Positions 17,428-26,965 of a stretch of 64,000 nt of DNA are shown here, piece by piece. How positions within the stretch are numbered: position 1 is the first letter of the stretch; each line of letters opens with the position of its first letter. The stretch is from Lentisphaerae bacterium GWF2_45_14. Lineage in GTDB: Bacteria > Verrucomicrobiota > Lentisphaeria > Victivallales > GWF2-45-14. Both the position numbers and the translations under genes were made by a program. The notes beneath the pieces are model-generated. The model saw nothing but the letters and a program-made list of their open reading frames with translations. It was not told the DNA's origin and did no database searches. The DNA is taken from assembly GCA_001804785.1 (NCBI GenBank), contig MHBG01000048.1:15439-79438 (forward strand), in the 5' to 3' direction.

Positions 17428-18823
17428 TAGCCAGCTGGTAGCCGCCCGTTATTGCATCAACAATGTCATCGTGAATTGCTGCCGGAAATTCTCCAAGCTG
17501 CTCCAGTGCCGCATTGTTCCAATAGGCTTTTCGCATATACACATGCCCGGCATCGAAAAGAGGCTCTACTTCTCCGGCGCGGACAACCTTATCAGAGTTG
17601 ACCTTGCATTTATATACGATTGATTTTCCTTTGAGCAGCTTTTTCAGTGTCGTATATGCGTCCTTGTATCCTGCGACGGCTTCAACCCCCTGCCAGACTG
17701 CCTGCCCGTCAGATTCAGCGGCGGAAGTAATCAGCTTATCGCGTTCCGGGGCTTCGGACTGGCATACTCGAATATCGTCAATGAAAAGGTGATAGAGTCC
17801 ATCAATATTGAGGACGCCGACTTTTGCTCCTGCAGTGTAATCCGGATCGTCTTTGGCACGTTCTTTTTCCGTGCTGGCCAAATCCCAGAAGCGCACCCAT
17901 GCAATATTGTCCGGCATGGTATCCACTATTTTGACATTCTCGACGTTAAGCATATTGCCGCCGCGCAGTGTCGGTTCTCCCTGAAGCAGTGCGGACGCTC
18001 CGTAATCGCCCAGGGTAGCAAATTGCCGCCTATACCATGACTCATCAAAGCGTTCAGTGAATAGATAAGAGCCATCATCTTGACGGGCTTTATAATGGAA
18101 TTTTTTAAATATCGGGAATTCGGGATTATAATCGGCATGTTCAGGATTGTTTCGATTATGGATATTCCCTGAAATATCATCGACATGCCAGCGGGTATTA
18201 AGAACGAGGCAGATATGAACCGGGGCAAGACGGCTGAAAAAGTCCTGTGAAAAGCTTTCCCATCGAGTTTCGCGTATGGTTTTTGCTTCTGCCTCCTTGC
18301 GGTTCTTTAAAAAGTCGTCGATTATGAGGAGATTTGCTCCTTTGCCGGTTGCGCCGCCGTCTGCTCCGACTGCAAAATATTTACCGGTATGCCCCTTGAT
18401 ATGACGCTCGGCAGTGTTATTACTCTGCCCGTCCAATTCCGCGTCGAATATCTCCAGATAAGCATGAGACATCATAATTGTTTTGACATCTTTAGAAAAT
18501 CCTTCTGAAAGAGTAGCTCCATAAGAAGCCTGGATTATTTCATCGTCCGGGAAATGGCCGAGGAAGTAGGCCGGAAGGTAGCGGCTGGAAATATCGCTTT
18601 TTCCATGTCTGAAGGGTACAACAATATCAAGATAGCTGCTGATCCCCTGCCTGTATAACTCAATAGCTTCATCAATGGCCGCACATATTTCCGCAGTGTG
18701 TTTTCCGACAATCAAAGGACTTGACTTCCGCATCCAGCAGTGCCGCATGAATTCAAGGAGACAATCTTTTGCCAGCGACGCCCGGCAAAGCTGTATCATT
18801 TCTGAGAATGAGATTTCAGCCAT
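17366..18823 (-). CDS. terL: Terminase large subunit
   Basis: VPFRHGKS Walker A, LLIIDD Walker B, TRWHVDD, RFWDLA nuclease motif, FPAAIHDDIVDA. Confidence 0.93.
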   Translation of the reverse strand: MAEISFSEMIQLCRASLAKDCLLEFMRHCWMRKSSPLIVGKHTAEICAAIDEAIELYRQGISSYLDIVVPFRHGKSDISSRYLPAYFLGHFPDDEIIQASYGATLSEGFSKDVKTIMMSHAYLEIFDAELDGQSNNTAERHIKGHTGKYFAVGADGGATGKGANLLIIDDFLKNRKEAEAKTIRETRWESFSQDFFSRLAPVHICLVLNTRWHVDDISGNIHNRNNPEHADYNPEFPIFKKFHYKARQDDGSYLFTERFDESWYRRQFATLGDYGASALLQGEPTLRGGNMLNVENVKIVDTMPDNIAWVRFWDLASTEKERAKDDPDYTAGAKVGVLNIDGLYHLFIDDIRVCQSEAPERDKLITSAAESDGQAVWQGVEAVAGYKDAYTTLKKLLKGKSIVYKCKVNSDKVVRAGEVEPLFDAGHVYMRKAYWNNAALEQLGEFPAAIHDDIVDAITGGYQLAIERYNKLGRLGGGQLGQGAI

Positions 18824-19392
18824 TGTAATTTTTCCCCGGGGGTCATTGTTGCGAACAGCGCTTTGGCTTTTTCGAGTTCGGTCTTGTCAGTGATTTGAGT
18901 TTCTGTTTTGTCGATAAACATTCCAAGATGCTTGGCGATGCTGTCGAGCGCATGTATTTTGTCATGGAGTTCAACCTCGACTTTGTCAACCGGAATCGGT
19001 TTTCTATCTTCGCCAAGCTTCATGACCGTTGTAACCTTGAATTTTTTGATGCAGGCGCGTTGTTCCTGAGTAAGCTTTTCAAAATCCTTCAGCGACATTG
19101 TCCCCTTGCGAAAGTTTACTATTCCCGGCAGATTGGTAAATGCTATTTTTGCATATTCACATAGAACTTTGTCAACCGTGATCCCTGTTCGCATCTGGGC
19201 TTTCCTGCTGTTCTGATCAATAAACTCAGCGACAAGCGGCGTATGAAGAACATCGTGCGCCCGGCGCCGGATTGTGGCGTTATTGGACTTGTTTACGCTG
19301 TAGGCGTAACGGTATGCATCTGCCGCATTTCCGCATTCGAGAAAGCGCAGCGCGAAATTTCTCTGTTTTTGTGTAAGTGATTTTTGACGCAT
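18796..19392 (-). CDS. terS: Terminase small subunit
   Basis: LTQKQRNFALRFLECGNAADAYRYAY HTH, LHDKIHALDSIAKHLGMF; directly upstream of terL. Confidence 0.9.
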   Translation of the reverse strand: MRQKSLTQKQRNFALRFLECGNAADAYRYAYSVNKSNNATIRRRAHDVLHTPLVAEFIDQNSRKAQMRTGITVDKVLCEYAKIAFTNLPGIVNFRKGTMSLKDFEKLTQEQRACIKKFKVTTVMKLGEDRKPIPVDKVEVELHDKIHALDSIAKHLGMFIDKTETQITDKTELEKAKALFATMTPGEKLQWLKSHSQK

Positions 19393-19456
19393 AATATATA
19401 AAACTCCTGAGTCTCAAATAAGCCCGAATGCAGCAAAAAGCAAAAAAACAAAACCT

Positions 19457-19858
19457 CTAAATCAACTCTTGAAATTGAGAAGTATAAAGATTCATGCCGA
19501 AAATTTGTTTCAGCTCTCTTAATGCCGCAACTTGAGCATTAACGCGCCTTGACGCCGATTGCTCGCTTGAAGAAATAACTTGTCTGTCTTTCGATATGCT
19601 CCACTGCCACGAAAAACGCATGTCGTAGCTTACATTAATAGAGTAATCGCCCCTGCATTCGAGAGAACACGAACTTCCAAAATATTCCCACGGAAGCGCA
19701 TCGGCACTTAATTGAATTTTATTCATTTTCCGGGGAATAGGGATTTTTGCTTTCTTCATTTCGGCCTTGCGTTGGCATCCGGGGCATAGTCCGTCTTCTT
19801 CGACTTTGGCATAGTTGATTCCGCAGTCTTTGCATTTGCAATAGAAAATTACTTGCAT
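19457..19858 (-). CDS. Hypothetical phage protein with N-terminal Zn-ribbon
   Basis: CKDC...CPGC; AGGAG RBS. Confidence 0.6.
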   Translation of the reverse strand: MQVIFYCKCKDCGINYAKVEEDGLCPGCQRKAEMKKAKIPIPRKMNKIQLSADALPWEYFGSSCSLECRGDYSINVSYDMRFSWQWSISKDRQVISSSEQSASRRVNAQVAALRELKQIFGMNLYTSQFQELI

Positions 19859-19911
19859 GTATTATAGCTCCTTAAAGTTCTTTTGTTGTAATTGTGAAAT
19901 TTTTTCATAGT

Positions 19912-20169
19912 TCAAAGTCCATGTATTTCCGCGAATTCCACGCGGCCTTTCAGTATCTTTTCTTCAAGTATATTCGCGCTATCGCCATCGCAATCTTCAT
20001 CGAGTCTGCGCTCTTCGAGGTCATTCGGCGTCGATTCCGCAAAATCATTGACAACATCGACTTTCATATTCAATTCTTCTCGGCAGAACTGACAAATCCA
20101 ACCTTTTGAAGGAGCTTGTTCATATTCCCATTCAACACTGAATCCGCAGCGGGGGCAAGCAACCTTCAT
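19912..20169 (-). CDS. Small Zn-ribbon phage protein
   Basis: CPRC...CQFC; GGAGGGGG RBS before MKVAC. Confidence 0.55.
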   Translation of the reverse strand: MKVACPRCGFSVEWEYEQAPSKGWICQFCREELNMKVDVVNDFAESTPNDLEERRLDEDCDGDSANILEEKILKGRVEFAEIHGL

Positions 20170-20170
20170 T

Positions 20171-20554
20171 TTACCCCCTCCAGCCTTTAACAACCAATAC
20201 CCAGGTAATGAACATCGCTACAATTGCCCATATTGCGTGTATAAGCACCGCCGTGCCGCAAACCCTTGCGAGTCCAAGGAAAACCTCCATCGGCAACGTT
20301 TTGAGAAATGGCATCTGTGTGCGGAGTTCCAGTTCTTTTATTTTGTTCTCTAAAGCATGAGCTTCTGCCTCTGCCCGTGTGGTATCGAGCTGGCTTTTGA
20401 TTAATACTCCGTCTCCGATTCCGAGTTTTGCAAGTTCAAGTTCGTGTTCTCGTTTGCGTTCAGCTTGAACTGCCTCTTTGGCATGGTAATCGTCTGGCTT
20501 AAGCCCGTATTTCAAAATAAAATCAGCTTCCTGCTGTGGTGTAATCGTGGACAT
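20171..20554 (-). CDS. Hypothetical membrane-anchored phage protein
   Basis: AAGGAG RBS before MSTITPQ; hydrophobic C-terminus. Confidence 0.55.
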   Translation of the reverse strand: MSTITPQQEADFILKYGLKPDDYHAKEAVQAERKREHELELAKLGIGDGVLIKSQLDTTRAEAEAHALENKIKELELRTQMPFLKTLPMEVFLGLARVCGTAVLIHAIWAIVAMFITWVLVVKGWRG

Positions 20555-20573
20555 TTTAAATCTCCTTTTTAAA

Positions 20574-20732
20574 TTATGCGATCTTTTGTTTAAGTGATTC
20601 TTTGGTAGGAACATTGTAATTTTTGCGGTCTCGGAACTCCTGTAATTTGCCCCGGTTCCAATTCTCTAAAGGCCGAAAATATCCGCAAACACGACTGTAA
20701 ACTTCCGTTTTTGCGCCGCACCTCTTAATCAT
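20574..20732 (-). CDS. Stand-alone NrdD C-terminal glycyl-radical-domain protein, 52 aa (not in the ORF track)
   Basis: Hand translation MIKRCGAKTEVYSRVCGYFRPLENWNRGKLQEFRDRKNYNVPTKESLKQKIA; AAGGAGGT RBS; fills the gap between neighbours; RVCGY is the class III RNR glycyl-radical motif. Confidence 0.85.
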   Translation of the reverse strand: MIKRCGAKTEVYSRVCGYFRPLENWNRGKLQEFRDRKNYNVPTKESLKQKIA

Positions 20733-20943
20733 GATGAACCTCCTTTAATTCAAATTCAGGGTATTTTGAAATGACTTTTCCCGTTTCCGAATCGGTTTTA
20801 ATTATCTGAATCCCGTATTTTTTTTTACCGCAGTAATTATTCAGGGCATGGAGATTTTCCAATGCTATTGTCCTTTGGTGATAAATTTCACTTACCGCAT
20901 TACGGGTTTTCTTGCTATAAATCCGCCAATGTCTGCGCTTCAT
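20725..20943 (-). CDS. Hypothetical phage protein
   Basis: 72 aa, AAGGAGGT RBS, co-oriented in the operon. Confidence 0.55.
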   Translation of the reverse strand: MKRRHWRIYSKKTRNAVSEIYHQRTIALENLHALNNYCGKKKYGIQIIKTDSETGKVISKYPEFELKEVHHD

Positions 20944-20958
20944 AAAACCTCCTTATTT

Positions 20959-21240
20959 TTATATAGTTACATAACCTTTTGTGCTGTATATTCGCTCAAC
21001 ATACTTTTCTGGTGTTTCGCTCAGTTGCCGGCATAATCGCGGGGGCGCTGTTTTGCTCGGACGGGACTGATAATGCCGAATTGCGTCTGACAGTTTTTTT
21101 GTCAGTTCCTCGACTTCGAAAGGGCGTTCCTCAATTTCCTCGAGATACGATTTACAGCAGTGATCGAAATTAGAAAGATTACACGGCAAAACTTTCTGCC
21201 GCTCCCGCAAAATAACTTTTTTAATTTTTTCGATATTCAT
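20959..21240 (-). CDS. Hypothetical phage protein
   Basis: 93 aa, ATGA overlap with the primase stop. Confidence 0.5.
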   Translation of the reverse strand: MNIEKIKKVILRERQKVLPCNLSNFDHCCKSYLEEIEERPFEVEELTKKLSDAIRHYQSRPSKTAPPRLCRQLSETPEKYVERIYSTKGYVTI

Positions 21241-23621
21241 TTGATCAATACCTCTTTGACTTCGTTGTGAACGAAGCCGATTACTTTTATTCCGCCGTCA
21301 AGCTGAGGATTCAGAATAAATCCCCGCCGCGTATCATTCCTGCACGTAAAGCTTTTTCCGAAAATATTTGCAAACCCCTGCTTGATAAGGTTCTTTAAAT
21401 AGCCGAGTTTATTTCCCCTGAACGTTGTAGGAACGGCCTTTTCAAGCCATACTTCCATAACCTCGGAGCGGATGAAATATTTTTCGTCCGTGCATAAGTT
21501 ATGGGCAATTAGCTGCTGCTTGATATAATCCTGAATCCTAGCCGCCATTTCCGGATCAACATTGGATTCCTCGCGGGCGACTGCCAGCTTTGCAAGTACA
21601 TTCTGATAGTTCTCTTCCGTTTGGCAAAACGGCTGAAGAAGCTTTGTTTCAAACTCAGGAAAGCGCGTCTGCGGTTTGAGATTGAAGGCCTTCCAGTTTT
21701 GAACCGCGTCAAGAATTTCCGCAATGATTTTATAGCGGAACTCTTCGACATATTTGATAACTTCGGTTTTCCAGGACGCGGAATAACCGGATGCTGCCTT
21801 GACGTAGATAAAGTATGAACGCTGCGCCGTGTCGTTATCGATCGTGGCACTGTTGGCTGTAATAATGAACGTAAGATTGTTCGGGCGCGTTTCCTCTCCT
21901 CTACCGTATGGTGGCCTTCCACTGATCGAACTTGATGTAACCATGTCGGCGAACTGCGAACAATGAAAAAGCCCCGTAACGTTGTCCAGGAGCAGGATTT
22001 TCTTCTGCCGCCCCGTGACGGAGACAATGCGCTTCGTGATTTCGTCGAATTTGGTTTTTATCTGGTCAACGTTTGTCCGGATTTCTTTTCCTCCGTGAAG
22101 AATGGCGTTGACTTCGGCAAGCGTGGTTTTCCCGGTTCCGGCGCCATCCTCCGAGTCGATGATCCAGCTGGGACGCGGAATTTCAGGCTCATAATAAAGC
22201 GGCGCGGCGAAAAACGAATAGAGCAGGATTTTGTATTCGGGACTTGCAGGATTGAAGAAATCAATCAGCTGGTGAAGATGGGGATGTCCTGAATCGGGAT
22301 TGGGAAGAGCCGGAAACGCCGGATAAGCGTCTTTTCGTTCCGGCCAGCTTGGGGCATAGCTTATTTCTTCATAGCGCAGAGCCGATTGTTCGATGGCGGC
22401 GAAAAATTCTTTTTTCGTCACGTAACCCGTTCCGGCTTTCCAGTTGACCAGCCGTTTGCTTTTGGATTGTATCCAGGAAAAGAATTCATTCTCGTTGCGG
22501 ATGATATTTATGCGGTTCGTTTTTCTGTCATGGTCGAAGAGTGTTTCGCCGACTTTGCGAGGAAAACCCAGAAAGCGGATATGGACTTCATCGACAAGAT
22601 CGTTTATCTGGCGCGGCTTCATGCTCTCTTCGCCGGATTCAGTCTTATATTTGATGTAGTTGCAAAAATCCGCACGATTGGCCTGTTTTGCCTCCTGAAT
22701 CGCATGATAATCATCCTGAGGACGCTTTATATCGGATTTGTTGATAACGGGCTGCTTTTTGATGTACTGAAGGAGCGCCTTTTCTCCATACTTGTTGAAA
22801 TAGTCAGTAACGTCAAAGCCCGATACTTCATTATTGAAACGGACAACCTTTATCATGCCGACGGTCTCGCGGAGTTCCCAGAGCAGAAATCCTTCACGCG
22901 CCCGGCCAGGTATATCATTATCGGTAAAAATAATGACGTCTTTTCCTTTGAGCGCGGTACTGTAGCTGACGTTCCATGTTCCGCAACCACTTGAATTCGT
23001 TGTTGCCAGAACCTTCATATTGCGTAAGGTATCCGCGTCTTTTTCCCCCTCGCAAATGCAGACATTGTTCTGATCCTTCCACTCCGGCCAGCGGTAAAGG
23101 ACTTTTTTAACGTGCTTCACGCTCTCATTGCCGAAAGCGTCGCATTGAACGAATTCTTTCTGCTTTTCCGTGTGTTCCCATCGTTGGACAACCATAATCA
23201 AGCTGCCGTCCTCGTCATGATACGGGTAATCCATTGTTTTTATATATCCGTGTTTCTTGAGGAATTCCGAGCGGCCTTGACGGGCTTCTTTCCGCGTAAA
23301 TTCTTTTGCTTTCAAACTCAGGAGATCACCGAGGAACTGTTGGGCGTCCTGTTTTTTGTCGTAAATATCATCGGCAGCGCCGCCGAACTTCACGCGGCGG
23401 ACGAGTTCTATAACGCCGCCTTTTTCCTGTGTTACGTGATCCGTCCATCCGCTTTCGTTCATAGAAAGGGCGCCGGAATCCGAACCCGGTCTCCACGGGA
23501 TATTGAAGCGGTCGCCTTGTCCGCCGACGGGTTCCAATCCAAGCTGAGACTTGGCGATTTCCAAGCAGTTTGCGTGCGCGTATATGTCTTTGTATTCGTA
23601 GAAACGTTCAATTGTTGACAT
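21237..23621 (-). CDS. TOPRIM primase fused to a P-loop helicase-like domain
   Basis: ICEGEKDADTL, IFTDND and DVTDY TOPRIM motifs; GAGTGKTT Walker A; LLLDN Walker B. Confidence 0.85.
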   Translation of the reverse strand: MSTIERFYEYKDIYAHANCLEIAKSQLGLEPVGGQGDRFNIPWRPGSDSGALSMNESGWTDHVTQEKGGVIELVRRVKFGGAADDIYDKKQDAQQFLGDLLSLKAKEFTRKEARQGRSEFLKKHGYIKTMDYPYHDEDGSLIMVVQRWEHTEKQKEFVQCDAFGNESVKHVKKVLYRWPEWKDQNNVCICEGEKDADTLRNMKVLATTNSSGCGTWNVSYSTALKGKDVIIFTDNDIPGRAREGFLLWELRETVGMIKVVRFNNEVSGFDVTDYFNKYGEKALLQYIKKQPVINKSDIKRPQDDYHAIQEAKQANRADFCNYIKYKTESGEESMKPRQINDLVDEVHIRFLGFPRKVGETLFDHDRKTNRINIIRNENEFFSWIQSKSKRLVNWKAGTGYVTKKEFFAAIEQSALRYEEISYAPSWPERKDAYPAFPALPNPDSGHPHLHQLIDFFNPASPEYKILLYSFFAAPLYYEPEIPRPSWIIDSEDGAGTGKTTLAEVNAILHGGKEIRTNVDQIKTKFDEITKRIVSVTGRQKKILLLDNVTGLFHCSQFADMVTSSSISGRPPYGRGEETRPNNLTFIITANSATIDNDTAQRSYFIYVKAASGYSASWKTEVIKYVEEFRYKIIAEILDAVQNWKAFNLKPQTRFPEFETKLLQPFCQTEENYQNVLAKLAVAREESNVDPEMAARIQDYIKQQLIAHNLCTDEKYFIRSEVMEVWLEKAVPTTFRGNKLGYLKNLIKQGFANIFGKSFTCRNDTRRGFILNPQLDGGIKVIGFVHNEVKEVLIK

Positions 23622-23676
23622 GATTTTTTATTCCATTTCTCTGAGTTTAAAATCCTTCATTTTCTAACCATTCTTT

Positions 23677-24108
23677 TTATTCAAACGAAACATGATGTTT
23701 CACAAATTTATCCGCCCGTCTTTTAGTTACGCATTTATATTTTGGATAGGAATTGACCAAGCTATATTTTGCTTGCTCTTTAGTGAATATTTCAGCTTTG
23801 CAAATATCCAAAGTGTAGCCGCGTCCGTGTTTTGCGTAAAACAAAAGGCAATTTCCGACATATCCAGTATAAAGGTAATATTTTAATTCATTGTCTTTTT
23901 GTTCGATGGGCAAGCTGTAGTTCGTGTATTCCTGTTCAAAAATGGCTTCATTTTCGAAAATTGCATCTCGAAGCACCAGTGCCGTATCTCCGATATAAGA
24001 ACGAGAATCGAATTGACCCTGTTCTACCTTGTGCCACATATCAAAAAGAATGCGTTTGCAGGAAGCTAGTTTACTACTCAGAATGAGTGTTTCTTTTCGG
24101 AGATTCAT
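23677..24108 (-). CDS. Hypothetical phage protein
   Basis: 143 aa, ATGA-coupled to the upstream ORF. Confidence 0.55.
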   Translation of the reverse strand: MNLRKETLILSSKLASCKRILFDMWHKVEQGQFDSRSYIGDTALVLRDAIFENEAIFEQEYTNYSLPIEQKDNELKYYLYTGYVGNCLLFYAKHGRGYTLDICKAEIFTKEQAKYSLVNSYPKYKCVTKRRADKFVKHHVSFE

Positions 24109-24347
24109 AATTTTACCTCTTTAAACGTTTCTAAGCACTGTTTCAGCCTCTTTTGTAGCAATTTTTGTCCGGGTAATAGATTCAGTCTGTGAGAACCATT
24201 TTGAAACAAGACGCACCAGCCGTCTTTTCCGGCATGATGACATCTTCCACAAAACTTTTTCTCAGCGTCAATTTCCAGTTGTATTGTTCCTGTGAGTTTC
24301 ATCTTCAAATCCCTTCTTTTAAGCATTCCTGATTGATCCATATACAT
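24105..24347 (-). CDS. Hypothetical Cys-containing phage protein (start probably near 24303)
   Basis: CGRC...C...C; packed in the operon. Confidence 0.5.
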   Translation of the reverse strand: MYMDQSGMLKRRDLKMKLTGTIQLEIDAEKKFCGRCHHAGKDGWCVLFQNGSHRLNLLPGQKLLQKRLKQCLETFKEVKL

Positions 24348-25126
24348 TCAGTCCGCGCTCCGGATTGATATGTATTGTTCCTGTAAGTTCTTGATTCCTT
24401 TTTCCAACCGGATTTTTCGAGTTCGGTGTAAATCGGATTATCATAGCTCGATATTATGACCATGCCGCGAATTTGCTGAAGAAGGTCAATAAGAAGACGA
24501 TGCTGTTCGTCCGTCAGCTCGTAAGCGTATTTATGTTTATTGGCCTGAGTTCTGGTATCATGCGGATACGGCGGATCAAGATACCAAAGTATGTTCGAAT
24601 CATCCTTGTGCTTTTCAATTAGCGCGAATGCGTCCATATTTTCAATGATTACCCCGGCAAGGCGATCCGCGAATATGTCGATATATCCGGGATAAGATGC
24701 CCAGTTATGAGCAGGTAATGAATGCTTGCGCCTGAAGTCAGTCCTGAACCCGGATTTATAATTTTTAGCAATTACACTGTCCGCATGATACCCCATTCCT
24801 GCGCGAATCAAGAAGCGGCGGGCATTCTCTATTTCGTCATCGGACGGAATGAACGCGTTATCATATTCCATTCTCGCAAATGGCGTGAGGCTTAATTTCT
24901 CCTGAAGGTTTTTCTTTTTTACATCGTCTTGCAGGATACGAAAAAGATTCACAATCTCATGATTCAAATCATTGAAAAGTTCCGCATAACTTTTGGGTTT
25001 CCTAAACAAAACACTTCCGGCGCCGCCGAATGGCTCGATGTAAATCCGGTGTTCCGGAAAGTGCGACACGATCCAGGGTGCAACACGCCATTTGCCGCCG
25101 TAGTAACGAAATAGTGAGCGGGTCAT
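24305..25126 (-). CDS. DNA adenine methyltransferase (Dam/D12 class)
   Basis: YYGGKW, YIEPFGGAGSVL, YLDPPY. Confidence 0.92.
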   Translation of the reverse strand: MTRSLFRYYGGKWRVAPWIVSHFPEHRIYIEPFGGAGSVLFRKPKSYAELFNDLNHEIVNLFRILQDDVKKKNLQEKLSLTPFARMEYDNAFIPSDDEIENARRFLIRAGMGYHADSVIAKNYKSGFRTDFRRKHSLPAHNWASYPGYIDIFADRLAGVIIENMDAFALIEKHKDDSNILWYLDPPYPHDTRTQANKHKYAYELTDEQHRLLIDLLQQIRGMVIISSYDNPIYTELEKSGWKKESRTYRNNTYQSGARTECIWINQECLKEGI

Positions 25127-25141
25127 AGTAAAATTATCTCC

Positions 25142-26965
25142 TTATGCCACAATTGCGGCTTTTATTAATGCCTCTGCCAATACTGGCGGAACGGCATTGC
25201 CTATCTGCTTGACTTGATTCGATTTATTTCCGGCAAATTTATAGTTTTTGGGGAAGCTCATCGCGGCAGCAAGTTCGGATGGTTGGAACATTCTGAAAAG
25301 AATATCCAGTTTGAATATGCTTCCTTTCGCATCAATGAAACACCGTCCAGCACAAAGCCCGAATCGTTCTTTGCATGTCACGGTGTCCAGGGGCTCGTTA
25401 ATAGATTCAGCAGTACCGTTTCCATAGTATGTAGATATGAACGGTTCAATTTGAGAAATTGCTCCTTCCGTGGCAATAGTCGGAAGCGGATTGCTGACAG
25501 GTTTTACGCTTCCGCCTCCATGCTGAGGAATAAACATTGCCTCCACAATGGCAATATTGTTTCTGGTTGTAATCGTATTAACTGGATCGTTTGCACTTCT
25601 AATACGTCCCTTACTGTCGGCTGTATGAGTCATATCGACAACCATTGGAGAAACAAGGCAATGCTCAGCTTTTGTTACAATTGTTGATATGGGGTCATTC
25701 ATTCCCGATGCCCTATGTCCTCCAGACGTGTGCCCTGTCGCAAATACGCATGGTTCCACAACTCCTATATGCGTCCCATTTGCTGTAACGGTTGGGCAAG
25801 GATCAGAGGACGGACGGCATGAACTGTTGATATTCGATTTATTTGTTCCCCTTAGTGTAACTATGACAGGCTGAACAACCCCATAGCGATTCGAACAATC
25901 CTGCACCGGAACGGGATCAGCAATTTGGCTGTGTCTGTTATCGCCGCCATTGTATCGGCTAACGAACGGTTCAATGATTGCAACATGATTTCGCGTACTG
26001 ATCGCCGGAACAGCGTCCGAGATTGCCTTGCATGATGGAGTATCCTGTTTTGCGGCGGTTCCGCGCATTATTAGCATGAAAGGGGCTTCGATGCCTTGTG
26101 TTTTGAGTTTGGGTAAAGAATATAAATACATCAATGGACATTTACGGTGACACTGACAACTTCTGATAATCTCCTGTCTTACAAGTGGCGTATACAGATT
26201 TGCAGCAGCCCCCCAATATTTGACAATGCCGCTGTAAATTCTGCGTAAGGTATTCGGGACAAGTGGTTTTTTGCGGTCAAAGATTGATTTCCCCGGAATA
26301 TCCCAATCGATAATATCACGGGCAGGAACCCAAGATTTATAAAGCCCTTCTAATAATCCTGGGTCTTTTACGTGAGTCGGTTCAGGCCAGCAGATTTTTT
26401 CTTTTCCTCGGGCGGCCTGAATAATGAGGCGTTTCCTGCATGTCGGAGCACCAAAATCAGCGGCATTGAGAATCCGATATTCTACACGGTACCCGAATGC
26501 TTTAATCATGCCGATAAATTTTTTAAAAATTTCGCCTTTCTTCGACTTTATGATATTTCCTTTATCATCGACCGGCCCCCATGCAAGAAATTCCTCAACA
26601 TTCTCAATATAAACACGGTCAATAATAAGCTCCTGAATCCATTTCAATACATGCCATGCGGTTGACCTGCTCTGATCATCGCGGGGACGGCCTCCTTTTG
26701 CCCTTGAGTGGTTGGTGCATTCCGGGGATGCCCATAAAAAATTTAAACGTCCTCCCGGGACAAGATCGCGCGGCGATATATTTTCAACCGAGTCACGATA
26801 ATACCGGGCTTTTTCATGATTAAGCTTATTTGTGTCAATGGCGATTTGCCAATGATTGACTCCAACCAATTCATATTCAATGCCCTGCTTCACAAAGGCG
26901 TTGATCATTCCGGTCGAAGTTCCCCCGCCGCCGCAAAACAAATCTGCCGCATAGAATGTTTTCAT
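25142..26965 (-). CDS. DNA cytosine-5 methyltransferase with internal tandem repeats
   Basis: DLFCGGGG, WASPECT, IENVEEF, RKRL, QIGNAV; ATG 26965 overlaps the upstream stop (ATGA). Confidence 0.92.
   Translation of the reverse strand: MKTFYAADLFCGGGGTSTGMINAFVKQGIEYELVGVNHWQIAIDTNKLNHEKARYYRDSVENISPRDLVPGGRLNFLWASPECTNHSRAKGGRPRDDQSRSTAWHVLKWIQELIIDRVYIENVEEFLAWGPVDDKGNIIKSKKGEIFKKFIGMIKAFGYRVEYRILNAADFGAPTCRKRLIIQAARGKEKICWPEPTHVKDPGLLEGLYKSWVPARDIIDWDIPGKSIFDRKKPLVPNTLRRIYSGIVKYWGAAANLYTPLVRQEIIRSCQCHRKCPLMYLYSLPKLKTQGIEAPFMLIMRGTAAKQDTPSCKAISDAVPAISTRNHVAIIEPFVSRYNGGDNRHSQIADPVPVQDCSNRYGVVQPVIVTLRGTNKSNINSSCRPSSDPCPTVTANGTHIGVVEPCVFATGHTSGGHRASGMNDPISTIVTKAEHCLVSPMVVDMTHTADSKGRIRSANDPVNTITTRNNIAIVEAMFIPQHGGGSVKPVSNPLPTIATEGAISQIEPFISTYYGNGTAESINEPLDTVTCKERFGLCAGRCFIDAKGSIFKLDILFRMFQPSELAAAMSFPKNYKFAGNKSNQVKQIGNAVPPVLAEALIKAAIVA

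Noticed and set aside
21237-23621. Primase N-terminus lacking the Zn-finger cysteines as a new primase class
   Set aside because: Loss of Zn ligands occurs in other phage primases and cannot be judged without alignments.
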